Source: Octopus sinensis (Eukaryota). From it: 64,000 nucleotides of DNA. Each line of letters begins with the position of its first letter. Position 1 is the stretch's first letter. The notes under the pieces are model-generated. The model ran no database searches and was not told the origin of the DNA. It was given only the letters and a program-made list of their open reading frames with translations. The position numbers and the translations under genes were made by a program. Shown here piece after piece: positions 42,191-57,014 of the stretch. The stretch is from contig NC_043012.1 of the NCBI RefSeq assembly GCF_006345805.1, positions 18,538,001-18,602,000 on the forward strand, given 5' to 3'.

Positions 42191-43415
42191 CATAATAAAT
42201 TTGTAACGCGATTTTGTTCCTTGAGGAGCATCTGTTATTTCCTATTTGCTTATTCCCAGAAAGTGTAGAAAATAGCTAACATTTCCTTTAAGCTTTACTT
42301 TTGTCATGTTTATTCAAACTCCACAGAATCCCTCTCAACACAGGACTATGATGTTCCCCCATCATTCCAGCTCATGCTCAGATGTGCACATATTGCCATG
42401 CTCAATTGGTAATGGTCAAGCAACTAACAAGCAAATATGTGGTGTAGAACAGAATATTTGCCATGACGATATTTCTGCTTCAGCAACACATCGCTGAATC
42501 TGCGCGAAACGTATTGGAAATACATCAGTTTCAAAACATGAATGTCCTGGTCACCAAAGCAAAATGTGAAGGGAATAGTAGCCGTTTTCCAACTTACGAA
42601 AGACAAAGATATAACAAAACTAATATAACGAAAGCAAAAGTGATCCCTATACGAATATAAATTTTCATTTTGTAGTCCCTCATAACCATTGAAACCGCAA
42701 CATCCTAAATCCAGCCAAATGATCCCGCTCGGTTCTACATCACACATCGTATCTCCGAAATATAAGTAACAAATCACAAATCAACAGCAAAAACCAAACC
42801 CCTAAATCTCGCAACGAAGGCATGACACGCAAATATATTAGCTATATATGTATGTACTTACTGACAGAAATGTACATTTACACACAAAACCTGAAATATG
42901 ATGACCAGGGGACGAACGACCTTGTTACAAGTCCTGTCTATTCAGACTTGAATTAGCATTACTAAAATGAATTGTTTAAATAGAGGAAATTCAAATAGCT
43001 TACGGGGTGAGATAAACAATCCTTGAGGTGCATACCCTATACAAAGATATACGGTTGTTAGAAGCTCTTTAGAATAGAACGGATAAAGCAAAGAATACAT
43101 AAATGCAAGCGTACATTCCCCTCATTTGAGTATATATTCTGACTTCTTTTTCTGTGCATAAGAATCCCTATTACGTTCCATCTTTGTTTCTCTTTATAAT
43201 GTGCATATTATTCAATAAACTTCAGTTCGTATGCTCCATATATGTGTATATTATGCAATAAACTTCATCTATATCTATAGATGTATAGTCTACTGCATGC
43301 CTTGTAAGTTAATTCACTCTCATCAATTATGCAATTAACAACCCTCCTCTGCATGCATTCATTAATACACACACACACACACTCACAGAGAGAAAATACA
43401 CATATATTTATATAT

Positions 43416-43467
<52 letters not shown>

Positions 43468-43471
43468 TGTG

Positions 43472-43529
<58 letters not shown>

Positions 43530-44780
43530 TGTGTGTGTGTGTGTGTGTATACCTACATATGTATACATATATATATATATATATAATGCATATACCGATT
43601 TAATATATAAGTATCTGTCTATCTTTCTCTCTCCCTCTTTCTCTCTTTCTCTATATATAACAAAAGATATTTTTCGACACAAGCAACATTAAATACATTT
43701 ACAGCATCTGTCCTTTTATTTTATTTTTAATCCAATTCAAACGAGATTTTAACTGTCGTACATTCGATAACATACTTAGTACAGAATAGTATAAAATGTT
43801 CCATTTTTGTATATAATAATCCACTTCAGATATCTGAGATCTTTTCGAATTAAAAAATCCATTCTCTCCAAACAATTTATGTTTTCCGAATAATAGTTGC
43901 AATATTTACTGGAATATCTCTTTCTTATTGTTCCCCTTACATTTATTAGACATTTATTTTTATTTCGATGATATGATGGCATTTTATATTTTTCTTCATG
44001 TTACATTTTTACGTAAACGTATTAACAATTTGCTATATTTTGTAGAACCAATCACATTTTTGAATATGCTTTGCTTCCTATCTTTTAACGATGCAATTTT
44101 AAAATGAGAATTCCTATATTCACCTATTATATTTTACCTAGAGAATATCTTTATGTATTTTCATTTGCCGAAAGCTACATGAAGTTTGAATACATTTTCG
44201 CAACAAGTACCCGAAACGAATATTGCAAATCTTTCCAACAGATCTGCAACACACTCGTATGTGTATTAAGTACATCATATTTGTTTTTTGAAGTATATGT
44301 TTGGGAAATATATATTTCTGCGTTATTTTTTTTACTCCACTTCAACCGGTTATGAATAATTTATTGCGTCAGAACACTTGTCTTCAGCAAACAGCAGCAA
44401 ATGGTTTCATCGAAATCCATTAGCTTAGTGCAGTTTTGTTTATATTCGATATCATTGATTCTTTAACAGCATCTTAACATGCAAATTTTCATTTCATTAC
44501 CATTTGTTATGGGTAACTAGAAATATAAAGCATGACAATGATTATAGTTGAAAATCGGATTCTGGCTTTGCTAATGTTGCTTTACATTAGATATACATCC
44601 TTACATACAGATTCAAATAAAACAATGTTTGGTCGAGTTTTATTTACCCAAACATTTACTGAAAATCACTAGTTTACATAAGAAAGAAAATATGCACAGA
44701 TTTCTTAGTTTTGCCATATGAATATATATGTGTACGCGAGGGAATGATAGCTTACAAGCAGATATAAATACATACATACG

Positions 44781-44814
<34 letters not shown>

Positions 44815-46085
44815 AATATATATATATATATATACATACATATGCATGCACACACTCATACATATGTATTACGTAAAGAAATACGGCTTTGGAATCCTTA
44901 TTAGCACACTGAGAAAATCCAGATTTCCACAGACTCCTAACTACATCTAATGATGACGGAACCTACTGAGTTGCTTCAGATAAACAATTATGATTCACTT
45001 AATTTGGTAGGTAAGTCCTAAGTTCGCTTCGCTGGATTTCATTCTTCATGCTGAAGAACGATAAAGAACGATTTAAGACATGATAAAGAAAATTGGAGTA
45101 TTATATCTTTGAAATTTGGTTATTTCAGCATTAATCTCATTATACTCGTATCCCACACGTGTTTTTCGTGGATAAGTGTCATAATGTCCTTTCATATAGC
45201 ATTCAGTTGGCTATGGTCACTTGCAGTACACATTTATCCAAGCTGGACATTACGATGTATCTTTGTTTAAGACCTTTCCCATGTGGGTGGGTGAAGCGAA
45301 CTGAGGATTTAAATGTTAGATGGTCGTTCTTAAAAGAGAGGGTTAGGTGAGATATCATAAAAAACATAGGTTACACTACAGTAGAGATTGCTTGAATTAA
45401 AATATTATTATAGTCTTGATACCATACAGACATAAAATGGCATCCTTAAAATTTAAAGGAATACGTTATATTTTTATACATAAAAAACCTCTCAGGATGC
45501 AGTCTCATTATTGGTTACTCATAAAGACGAAATTATGATACCGTACAAGATAAGTCGTCCGATTTGAAATAATCAAAAAGGAAAAGGAAATACGGATGTA
45601 ATGAATAAATAGCGGTGTTCACTCTGGGTGTTCAAACTACTTCATACCTATAAAATTCTAAACATATTTGAATAAATAAAAATGTGGTATTGATTAAAAT
45701 GAGTAACGTAAGTTGAAATTTTAATCATGTGTTGCCTTACTCCACAAATCCTCCTCTGTTTTTTTTGAGGTTTAGTGTGATATTGTTGAAAATAATTAGA
45801 ATAGATTTTCTGATTTTGGAAGTGATATTCAATAAAATTCCCATATTGAACAGTATTTAAATACTTTACAAAATGAATGGGAGCATTTTAAATCTACTTC
45901 TTTTCTGTGATTTCATAACCTCTATTTAGGGGTAAAGATATGGGATATGTCTTTCAAGCACAGATTGCACGTCGGGTTTCCAATAACATACGGTGAAGCG
46001 CTACTGGTTATTGCCAATAAGATGCTATATGAAGTGACAACATATAAAATTCAGATGAACCCACTCATACTTGTACACTTCAAGA

Positions 46086-46157
<72 letters not shown>

Positions 46158-46540
46158 TATATACATGTATATGTATGATACGTATATGTATATATATCAT
46201 ACATACGTAAATATCTATATACATGCACATATATAAAAAGTAAAATGTTAAAGATTCAAAAGGAAGAGTAATAACGGTTAAGCAGCTTTTTAATCGCTAC
46301 AAATGATTCGATACATACAGATTCTCGTATGTACAGGATTTATATTTAAATTTAAATTAAATTATGTAACGAATTATCTGTATACGAAGATCCACATGTA
46401 TCCTCTCGGGTGATATTTAATTGCTGTGTCCGTAAGTAAATCTTGATGTCCATGCTACGGCATCCTTGGCTCCTTTAAACTGTTTGTGCCCTAATACGTT
46501 ATTAACAGAACACACCTCAAAATATGCTTATATATATACG

Positions 46541-46595
<55 letters not shown>

Positions 46596-46705
46596 GTATA
46601 AATATATATATATATATTTATATGTATATGTATGTATATATATATTTATATGTATATATAAATGTATATGTATATATATATGTATATACATGATTATATA
46701 TATAT

Positions 46706-46754
<49 letters not shown>

Positions 46755-47790
46755 TGCGTACAAATGCATATGTGCATATTTATATGCGTATGTTTATGCA
46801 ATTAGATAGGTGAAGAGATAGAAAGATAGATATGTGTGTGAGTGTGCGTTATATTCTCCCGTTTGTTTCAACATACATAAAAGAAATATTAGTTACACAC
46901 AGTTAGGAAAAACGCTGCATACAGTCTGAAATCTGAATATATAATGCAAACATCTCTTAAATCTAGGCAAACGCTTCTGATCGCAACCTTGCCATTAATG
47001 TCTGTTGCAAAACAATGTTTACGTTTGAAATTCCATCGCTGTTTTAATAACTGGTGAAGGCCAACAGATTTATTTTACGTAGTAATATGAAAGAGTTGTA
47101 ATCCAAGTAAATATATGGGATTGCAGTCAGATATTGCTGGATATTTGTCCGCTTTATTGTTATTGACCAAATTCAATAGAATTACATGGCGTAATAAGCA
47201 TTGTTATTAAAATATTCATAAAACTCAATTAAAACCTACGATGAATTTTTCCTAATCAGTCTTTTATATTATCATGTTGAAATCGGACATTTATACAATG
47301 GAGATAAAATATGTGCCTAAACTAATTTACTGAATGTTGTTTCTACGTTTTATTATGAAACTAGTATTTATCTGTAATTTTATATTCATATCTGTGCAAG
47401 GGAACGTAAAATATTATTACTTATATAATGGGATATATCAGATATCTTCATAACAGCTCTTAAATTGTCTTTCTCAAATGCGGTATAACAAAACTTGTAG
47501 AGATGTGTAATTGACTAATGTCAAACAGGGTTCTTTTATATTATAACTTTTTTATGTGGCTATGTTCTCCTCTCAAACGTTTGGTTTTCATTATACTCCC
47601 ACACTCAGAGCATATGAAAAATGCTTCCTTCTATACTCGTCCAAATAGTTTTGAGTCTATTTCGCAAACGTATGTTCTGCGATGCATACAAACACACACA
47701 CACACACAAACATACACACACAGATAGACACGTATATACGCATACATGTATATTTATGTACACATATGTATATATATATATATATATATA

Positions 47791-48020
47791 TCTTTTACTC
47801 TTTACTCTTTTACTCGTTTACTTGTTTCAGTCATTTGACTGCTGGAGCACCGCCTTCAGTCGAGCAAATCGACCCTGGGATTATTCTTTGTAAGCCCAGT
47901 ACTTATTCTATCGGTCTCTTTTGCCGAACCGCTAAGTGACGGGGACGTAAACACACCAGCATCGGTTGTCAATCAATGCTAGGGGGACAAACACATACAC
48001 AGAAACACACACACACACAC

Positions 48021-48061
<41 letters not shown>

Positions 48062-48222
48062 TACGACAGGCTGCTTTCAGTTTCCGTCTAGCAAATCCAC
48101 TCACAAGGCATTGGTCGGCCCGTGGCTATAGCAGAAGACACTTGCCCAAGATGCCACGCAGTGGGACTGAACCCGGAACCATGTGGTTGGTTAGCAAGCT
48201 ACATACCACTCAACCACTCCAT
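47791..48222 (-). mobile_element. full-length SINE family 2 with internal (TA)/(TG) microsatellite and (aaaagagt)n tail
   Basis: Minus strand: ggagtggttgagtggtatgtagc A-box region, ggttcagtccc B-box, body, tandem tail. Confidence 0.88.
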
Positions 48223-48337
48223 ACGTGAGTCGTCTAAGAGTCCATGGCTGATCTTAGCTGTCGGTTTCGCGCAGGGAGTATAGTGTTGTGTTATGTAACA
48301 ATCCGGTTATATAACCATAAACTCAAAAGCGTTAGAA

Positions 48338-48404
48338 GATATGGAAGGGAATATGGCGACTGTTGGAAACATATGGGAACAGTCACCATATTCTCTTCCA
48401 TATC
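48338..48404. other. 27-bp inverted-repeat hairpin, pre-miRNA-like
   Basis: gatatggaagggaatatggcgactgtt / aacagtcaccatattctcttccatatc; 13-nt loop; one G-U pair and one mismatch. Confidence 0.5.
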
Positions 48405-48888
48405 GGCTAAATCTGATGAGCGTTTGGTTTTACCTTTTAGGAATTTTCTTACCTCTTACAAATGTGCACGGGGCAATCCCCACACTGAAAAGCAATGGAA
48501 CTACATTTCATCAAAACTGTCACTGCAAAAGTGAATGTTTGAAAGAAAAGCAGAGATAGTACATTTTGTATTCTAAATATAACTCAAAGATGAGAAAAAG
48601 AAAGGAGAAAAAAAGAAGGAAAGATGAGAAAAAAGGCACAAAGGAAGAAAAAGAACAAGAAAGAAGGGGCAAAAAGAGAGAGAGAAAGCAAAACATCTTT
48701 CAGTAATGATCACACCACATCTATTTTTTTTTTGTTGAAGAGGTCACCAATCTTAAACCTAATTCAATACAATGGTAAATGACTAAATGAATAAATGACT
48801 GGTGAATAAGAAAGTGGATCCCTCATTTCTCTCCCGTCTTTCTATCTATCTACCTATCTATCTATCTATCTATATATCTATCTATATA

Positions 48889-48980
<92 letters not shown>

Positions 48981-50289
48981 AACCTATCTACCTACCTATC
49001 TCTCTATCTATCTCCATTGTCGTGGAACATCATCCAGAAGAAAAAAACCTGTTCTCCACTTCTGAACAAAGCCCCACCCAAACATCTGTTCTATATAAAT
49101 GAATAAGCTGTTTGTACATTCACAGAATTCTACTCGTGGCGAGTATATAGCATCAGTGCAAATACCAAAAGTTGTTACTTAGCAATATCTAGTGATATGG
49201 CTTTTGGGTTTTTGTTCATTGTATCACGCTCACTCTGTTGCCAATGAGATGATGCATATTCAATATTGTAAACATAATTACTTCACGAATTGATACCTTT
49301 AGATGTGTTTTGTTCGACGTCTTATACATATCGAAATTGGCATGGACAATTTTACTTTTGAATTCACTATACTTAATATGAAATTACAATTCGTATTACC
49401 GATTTCAAACTTATATGCGTCATTCAATTTGATGCAGAAACCAGCATGGGCTGCAATTTAACCTTGGAAAATCTTGTTTCCTTTTTGTCCATTAGCCTGT
49501 GTAGCTGTGCACTCTCAATTTTACATCTCGCTCTACAAAATTTATTTTAACAGCATATGAAGCTACGAATAATGGAATCACAATTATATTGATTTGTTAT
49601 AAGCAATAAATCACCTACTGCATATAAACAGATAACTCCATCAAAATATAGACCTTAAAGATGAGGTATGACAAGTTGCCTCTGCGATAATAATGAATGT
49701 GATGGTCATGGATATCATCGACATAATTTATCAGAGGCTTTCTAAATTTTGGCGAGATATAATTCTGATAATCGATTTTTTCCGAAGTGAATATTGATAA
49801 TAATCCACTTCATTTTGCAGTACACAGATAATGGAACACATATGTGCATAAAAATTTTTATAGTCAAATTTAAATTAGAGCACTAAATTAACTAATTTAT
49901 CCTGCAAATATACTCAGTTATTTTATTACCAACACATAGACACAAAATGGCGCATAATAACAGCGTAGCCTCAGTTTACATGTACGGAGTTCGTAAATTA
50001 AAGATAACATGACAGCAATTGCAAAATTGCTTCCCAAATATGATGAATATATGCAATTTAAGAATATGGCTATCCTGCGCATAAATCGTAATATTGACAT
50101 TTAAGATTTGCTTGGAAAGGACTGTTAAATTGTAATGGTGTTCTTTTTTTCCTAAATGAGATTTATCACTTCTAAGACTAGATATATCCGAACCCTGTGA
50201 AAATTCATTTCTCTGATATAACTTGTAGTTGATTGTACAAGGCATCTATCTATCAGCATATACATATATATATATATATATGTGTGTGT

Positions 50290-50352
<63 letters not shown>

Positions 50353-50810
50353 ATGTGTGTGTGTATATGCGAATGTGTGTGTGCATGTGTGTAAGTATAT
50401 GTGTTCATGTACGTATGTTTAGACATATGGTCTAGTTATCTATATATGTATTATACATTTATGCTCAGTGTGGAGGAATGATGACCGCGTCATACAGAAA
50501 TTGAGTAGAACTATAATTCCACGATGTCCTCTGTATAATATCATTTTAGTTGATTGTATAATGTAACGCAGAGACGAGAAATGTATTGATCATATACAGA
50601 GTCAAATGGTAAGATAGTTGCATTAACATAAGTTTGCAATCCATGATAGACTTACAAAATGAAAACGAGTTAGCATATATCTGATTCATTTGCTTAACGA
50701 TTCCCTTTTCAATTAGATTTTCATATATTTCAGAAGCTTAATAACATTTGTTCTAAGTCTCGATCGTTGTAGCATTTTTCTCAGCCTCTTTATATTCATA
50801 CACACACACA

Positions 50811-50847
<37 letters not shown>

Positions 50848-50862
50848 ACACACACACATACG

Positions 50863-50898
<36 letters not shown>

Positions 50899-51099
50899 CA
50901 GGTACACAAAAACAAACGTATGTGTGTGTGTGTGTATGCGAACGTGTGTGTATGTGTGAGTGTTTGAATAGTGGCAGTAAGCTTAGCTTGAGATGTATAT
51001 TTACGTGCAGTCAACACTATTACCTGTTACAGAAAAAAGTTAAAGGATAATAAAAGAACAGAATTATGTAAACTTTCATCCCGACATCTGTTTAAAGAT

Positions 51100-51780
51100 A
51101 GCCATAACTTACATAATAAGCATATCCCTATGTAATAAGTGCATAATGTAATGGGTGAGTCACCTGGCAGCAGTCCCGATGGAATTGTTGATGTAGGTGA
51201 AGTGCATTCAATGAAGAGCAAAGTGGCAATGTATATACATAAGTAAACTTTACAAATATAAATGTTCAGAGCTTGCAGAGTATGGTAGAGTGGAATGAGT
51301 TGGAGGAAACTCAGTGAACAGGGAAATACAAGGGACAATGAAAGGGAGATAAGAGATGGAGATATTACTAGAGAAATACGAAACATAGAGAGAACAAATA
51401 TAATAGTTTCCCGACAGAGAACATAGTAGGATTGTGTCTGTGTTAAGGGAGTTGTGTTTAGTAAAATACTGTACGGTACCTAAAAGAGAATATTAGCTAA
51501 GCCGATCAGAAATTATAAAGATTTTACATAATAATCGAAGGAACTGTTGAATTTATGAGTCAAACAAATATTACATTAGAGAACCGATAAAAGAATGAGG
51601 TCTCATTTTGGAGCAGAATAGCGAGACACCCACCGATGATAATTTACAGACGAGACGATGTCCACATATTATTGAATGGTACATTGTAGATGTACATGTG
51701 CCCTGAATCTTGAAGCAGGGTATTGAAATGAAATTTGCGAATGAAAGAATGTATGATAAATTCTTCAATACTCATTAAAT
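51100..51780 (-). pseudogene. possible highly decayed CR1/L2-like LINE RT fragment
   Basis: GHRLVCKLSSVGVS...SFIGS resembles the H.LL.KL...G...SFL RT motif; otherwise very weak. Confidence 0.3.
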
Positions 51781-52356
51781 ATAGAACTCATATTATTTGT
51801 GATACACTTTTCGGTAGCCAATATGTTAAAGTAAATAATATGAAACTTTTAACTAAAATAAAATGAGAATTACGGTTGAAGTATCTTTTTGATCATTCAT
51901 GAATATTCAGCCTGTCATCTGCTGTCACATACAGACAAAAATCAGATCAAAATATGATCAGACAAAAATCAATAAAACTGAAAAATAAAACAAAAGTCTT
52001 ACTTATTTTATTTTAATATATAGAATATAATCATTTAAACGTCTAAGTACTCCTCTTGTTGCATTGCAGTAATGCTTGTGTACCACCTTCCAATATCTTG
52101 GTCAATTGGACAGCATTACTGCCCCCGAATGTAGAATACTGACATTTTGCTGTCGATTCGATATATTACAGAACATTAAATGGCATACAAATGGCATACA
52201 ACCATATCTATCCTATCTCTGTTCACTACCCGCACGTACATATACGCATACACTACACTCAGTAACGTATATATTTATATACTAGACGCAGATAATCCCT
52301 ACACCCGTTTCACTATCATCTCTTTTTATTGACAAGTGCAGCATGACTATATATAT

Positions 52357-52518
52357 TATACAATATGAGGGAATAACGCAAAACATTCAAACAGCTACGT
52401 GATACAAATAAGGGACAACAAAGCATCTAGATAGACGATGCAAAGAAAACAAGGGCGGGTCATTCGGAGCCTTCTTTCCTCAATCGAGTTCCAGATGATC
52501 ATTACAATTTCGGCTGGT

Positions 52519-52520
<2 letters not shown>
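52357..52520. repeat. second copy of the 15678 interspersed repeat
   Basis: Aligns by eye with 15678-15840. Confidence 0.65.
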
Positions 52521-52551
<31 letters not shown>

Positions 52552-52554
52552 TCC

Positions 52555-52760
52555 TTAGTCCTTTACAATTTTTCAGTCATTAGTGTGTGGTCATGCTCGA
52601 GCACTGCCTTGAAGACTTTTACTGGAACAAGTCGAATCCGAGACTTATTTTTCAAGACCAGTACTTATTCTATCGGTCTGTTCGCCGAACCACTTTGTAA
52701 CGGGGACGCAAACACACCACCACCTGTTCTGAGGGAGCAAATACAGACACAAGGACATAT
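52555..52760 (-). mobile_element. 3' part of SINE family 2
   Basis: agtacttattctatcggtctgttcgccgaacc...ggggacgcaaacacacca. Confidence 0.75.
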
Positions 52761-52839
52761 GTATATACATATATATATATATACACACAAATTCACGCAC
52801 ATATGCACGCACACATATTTATATACATATATATATATA

Positions 52840-52887
<48 letters not shown>

Positions 52888-52913
52888 AATTCACGCACAT
52901 ATGCACGCACACA

Positions 52914-52962
<49 letters not shown>

Positions 52963-53930
52963 ATGAGGACTTAACATCTGTCGAACATACTCTCGAAGAA
53001 ATTTGTGGAGAAACTGAAGCTATGGTAGCACTTATATGATGAAAACGACGTACATTGTGATCGAACACGCAATGGCAATGTTACAAGTCGTACTATGTGA
53101 TTCTATGGCCAAGTAATTATACTTTGATTCTATACTTTGTACTTCGTACGAAAACTCTAGATTACTCCGCATGTAACCTTACTCAGAAGCTTTTTGTATG
53201 TACCAGTCTAATTTGACAGTAAACTGGTTGTTTTTAGTGAGATCTAAATCGAGGTTGAACCAGTAATACAACAACACTACCTCGGTATTGCTTTTTCCCC
53301 ACTATCATTACATATAATCATTGGATTGTTATTTCGAACAATAAATAGTTTCTGTTGGAACAATATAAATCTACACAATAAGAAATTATTTCCTCAGAAC
53401 GAAAAACACAATCTAACATAATTATAATTGTAAAACTCATTTTTTCCATAACATGAATACTGTGTATATATCAAGCAATTTTATTAATAGTAATAATTTA
53501 AATAACAAGAATTTATATATATTTTCCAAAAGAGAAATTCATATTTGACCCTGATTAAAATTTGATTCTGAACATTAAAAAACTGTACTTCAATTATCAT
53601 ACAAATAAACATACAACCAGTTCACTTCGCATCGTAACATTCATGAAGACTATGTATAAATCAATACATTTAAATAGGAAAATCTCCATTAATAGTAAAA
53701 ATAGATAATTGTAAGTTAATGAAAGGAAACACAACTATATCTAACGCCTATCAATTAAGTGCAATAAAGTGAACCTGTTGACTTGGAAACTTTTCAAAGA
53801 ATTAAAGCGATGTCATAATGGCATGTAGTTTATTTATTTATTTTTTATATGGTTTTGTGTGTGTGTGTGTTTCTTTTTCTCTTATATATTCTAGTCACAA
53901 ATTGTTTCCTCTTTCACAATTGTCACAAGT

Positions 53931-54842
53931 TGATTTTCAGTGTTTGATGATTAGATTTTGTCACACAATTGAATAAATAAAATCACGAAAATTGCATGTA
54001 ATAAAATCAATTGCTAAATAGTGTGCTTCGAAGTTATACTGGAAGTACCATTTGCTTTCCCTCGTGTGTCTGGTTACTTAAGATGCTCGCAAAATCATAA
54101 ATAGTGAGTCTTGACATCTCGTATATATTTTAGTCTTCAATTCTGTTTTCTGCATGTAACCTAATTCCGTCACTTTTAACTTTTTTTCTATTTCCAAACA
54201 TTAATCTCTATTTTTCTTGAATGTTAAAAAGAATATGGTGGCATTACTTTATAAGGTAGTACTTAAATAATAAGTTGTCTTTCGAAATCAAATTTTTTAG
54301 TCAAATTCAATAACAATATGAATATTGTTCGATGTATTTTATAAAAGGAAACAAATCAGTAACAAATGGTAACATCTACAGCAGCAACATCAGAAATCAT
54401 ATTAAAAACATTATCACATTGATGATAAAAAAATATGGTGATCTTTACGTATCGCATATTAAAATCTCTCATAACAGCGTCTTACTGGTATTGAGTTTAT
54501 CAACAATGGTGTATGATGTATGTGAGGAACAATATAAGTTGTCCAGTATGTATTGCTGAAAAAAGGACAATCCTATTTGCACTAGATGAAGTATAATAAA
54601 TAACCGATGTTAAAGAAGTCAAATATTTTCTAGCGATCAAAGGTTTTAGAAGAATATTAAAAACACCACATACGCAGAGATGTACGCATAAAGCCTAGTC
54701 ATACATATCCACATACGCGCATGCACATATATGTGAACACAAACACACAGACGCACACAGACATACATACACAAACACGCACAAACACACACATATATAT
54801 ATTGGTGTGTGTGCCTGTTAGTAGTAGTTATATAGTTAGATA

Positions 54843-54883
<41 letters not shown>

Positions 54884-55251
54884 GTATATATATATATATA
54901 TATATATACAAACGTTTGCGCGTGTGTGTATATGTTTGTATTTTTCTGCATGCATATGACAGTGTGTATGTCTATGTATGAAAGTATGTATGTTTGCCAT
55001 AATATATAAGCCTTCTAGAGTGGCTAAATGAAAATGTTCATGTCTGTATGATAAAAAAAAACCTCCGTTCAAAGCTATCTTTGAAGTGCCTATTGGGTCA
55101 ATATTATTCAATTTCATGGTTTTGTTGTAAAGATGGCTGTTAAAGATACATATGAAACAATTTAGAAGTTTAATATACTTTTATTTTTCTATACACACAA
55201 ATACGTATATAATACACACTCGATTCTTATATGTATGTTTATGTATATATA

Positions 55252-55282
<31 letters not shown>

Positions 55283-56729
55283 CACATTTGCACATAGAAA
55301 TGTGTGAGTGCTTTATTGTGGGTTTGTGTATGTGTGTGCAGAAGTACATATATAAACGTCTTCCAACATTCACTTATTTATTTTATCTTTCTTAAATCAA
55401 CGATTTGGAGCCAAAATAAAGAAAATGGGGGTCGTAGTCAATTCCGTATCAAAATACAAATACACACACATGCACCAATGCACACACCACAACACACACC
55501 CACACACACACAACACACACATATATACTATATATATACATATATAAATATAATATATATATATATAATATATATATATATTATATGATATATATAGAGA
55601 AGAGAGAGGGAGAGGGAGATAGTGAGATATATTGATATCACCTTTCAGATAAATTCAATAAAAATTACTTATACAAGCAAATGATTTTTGAAGAAAATAT
55701 TAATTAAAAATAACAGCTGGGTCTATACAGAAGACATTTTGAAAAATGTCAAAAATTTAGATGAAATAGAATTTTGAAGTTTCTAAGTTAAATTAAAGAT
55801 GTACATAGGTAATTGGCATGGTATATAGTGTGTTGATTCCAGATTTGTTTTTTACTCTTTCTACATATGTCGAATTATTTTCCAGTTTTATACTATCGCT
55901 TTCTATCATTTGAAATCGATATATGTCACATACTATTTTATATAATTATTTTAATATTTTAAAACAATTATCTTGTTTCTAATGACGAACGTTTTGTTTA
56001 CACTTTCTGCACGCATGGTGCATTTTTATATCTATATGTAACTCTGCAGCTCTATTTTCTCTCACCATGATGAATGGTATGTATGTGGCACGTATATTTA
56101 TAAGAGAAATCGATATTATATTTGGAACGAAATCAAATATTGTTCGCGGTGTACCACTTAAGAACTAGGTCTCTCAGAATTGCTGGCCTTGTGGCAAAAT
56201 CTGAAGTCGATATTTAGATTGCAGTAGTTGTTAATTCATTTCCGAAATAAAACCAGTCGTCTCACTTCTCTTTAGTTTAAAAAATATAAAATCTGGGATC
56301 GGAGGTATGTTGTGCTTTCTGATAACAGAGGTCTCCTTCTAGTAGATTCTAGCACATTTTGTACAGCTAAATATTTCTACCTCAAAGCTTATTGCCGTTG
56401 CTTCAGACAGCTGTATTTCCTAGGCAAATTGTAACGTTTTTTTCCAGCCCCCAGCAAACGAAAACCATCTCCCTCAACATAAACTATGGAAGTGTTTTTC
56501 AGTGATGAAATGTGCGTGTGTGGGTATCTGTGTTTGTCACCTACCGTCCTTTGACGACAGGTATTGATAGATTTACATTCCTGTAAACTAGCTAGCAGTT
56601 CGACCGGAGACACCGTTCGAATAAGTACCAGGCTTATGAAAAAATTAAACAGGAAATCTAAAATTCTTTAAAAGGGCGGTCCACGCAGGCTGCGATCATA
56701 TCAGAGAAGTAATTAAAAGATAAAAGATA

Positions 56730-56808
<79 letters not shown>

Positions 56809-57014
56809 GTGTGTGTCTTTGCTTGTGTTTGTGCGAATCACTATTTATGATTTTGCGAGCATCTTAAGTAACCAGACACACGAGGGAAAGCAAATGTTAC
56901 TTCCAGTATAACTTTGAAGCACACTATTTAGCAATTGATTTTATTAAATGTAATTTTCGTGATTTTATTTATTCAATTGTGTGACAAAATCTAATCATAA
57001 AACACTGAAAATCA
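53931..57014. repeat. 177-bp inverted duplication (53931-54107 versus 56838-57014)
   Basis: Reverse-complement match with only a handful of differences. Confidence 0.9.
56480..56730 (+). mobile_element. degraded SINE family 2 body and tail
   Basis: tgtgtttgtcacc...ttgacgac...gaataagtaccaggctt...aaaagataaaagata. Confidence 0.6.

Noticed and set aside
44924-45016. Possible exon between ttccacag and gtaagt
   Set aside because: Stop codons in all three frames; no supporting neighbouring exons
48413-48419. ctgatga next to the hairpin
   Set aside because: No stem II/GAAA arrangement; also no matching C/D-box architecture
52783-52925. Duplicated 40-bp motif cacaaattcacgcacatatgcacgcacacatatttata
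   Set aside because: Ordinary slippage duplication within a TA/CA microsatellite
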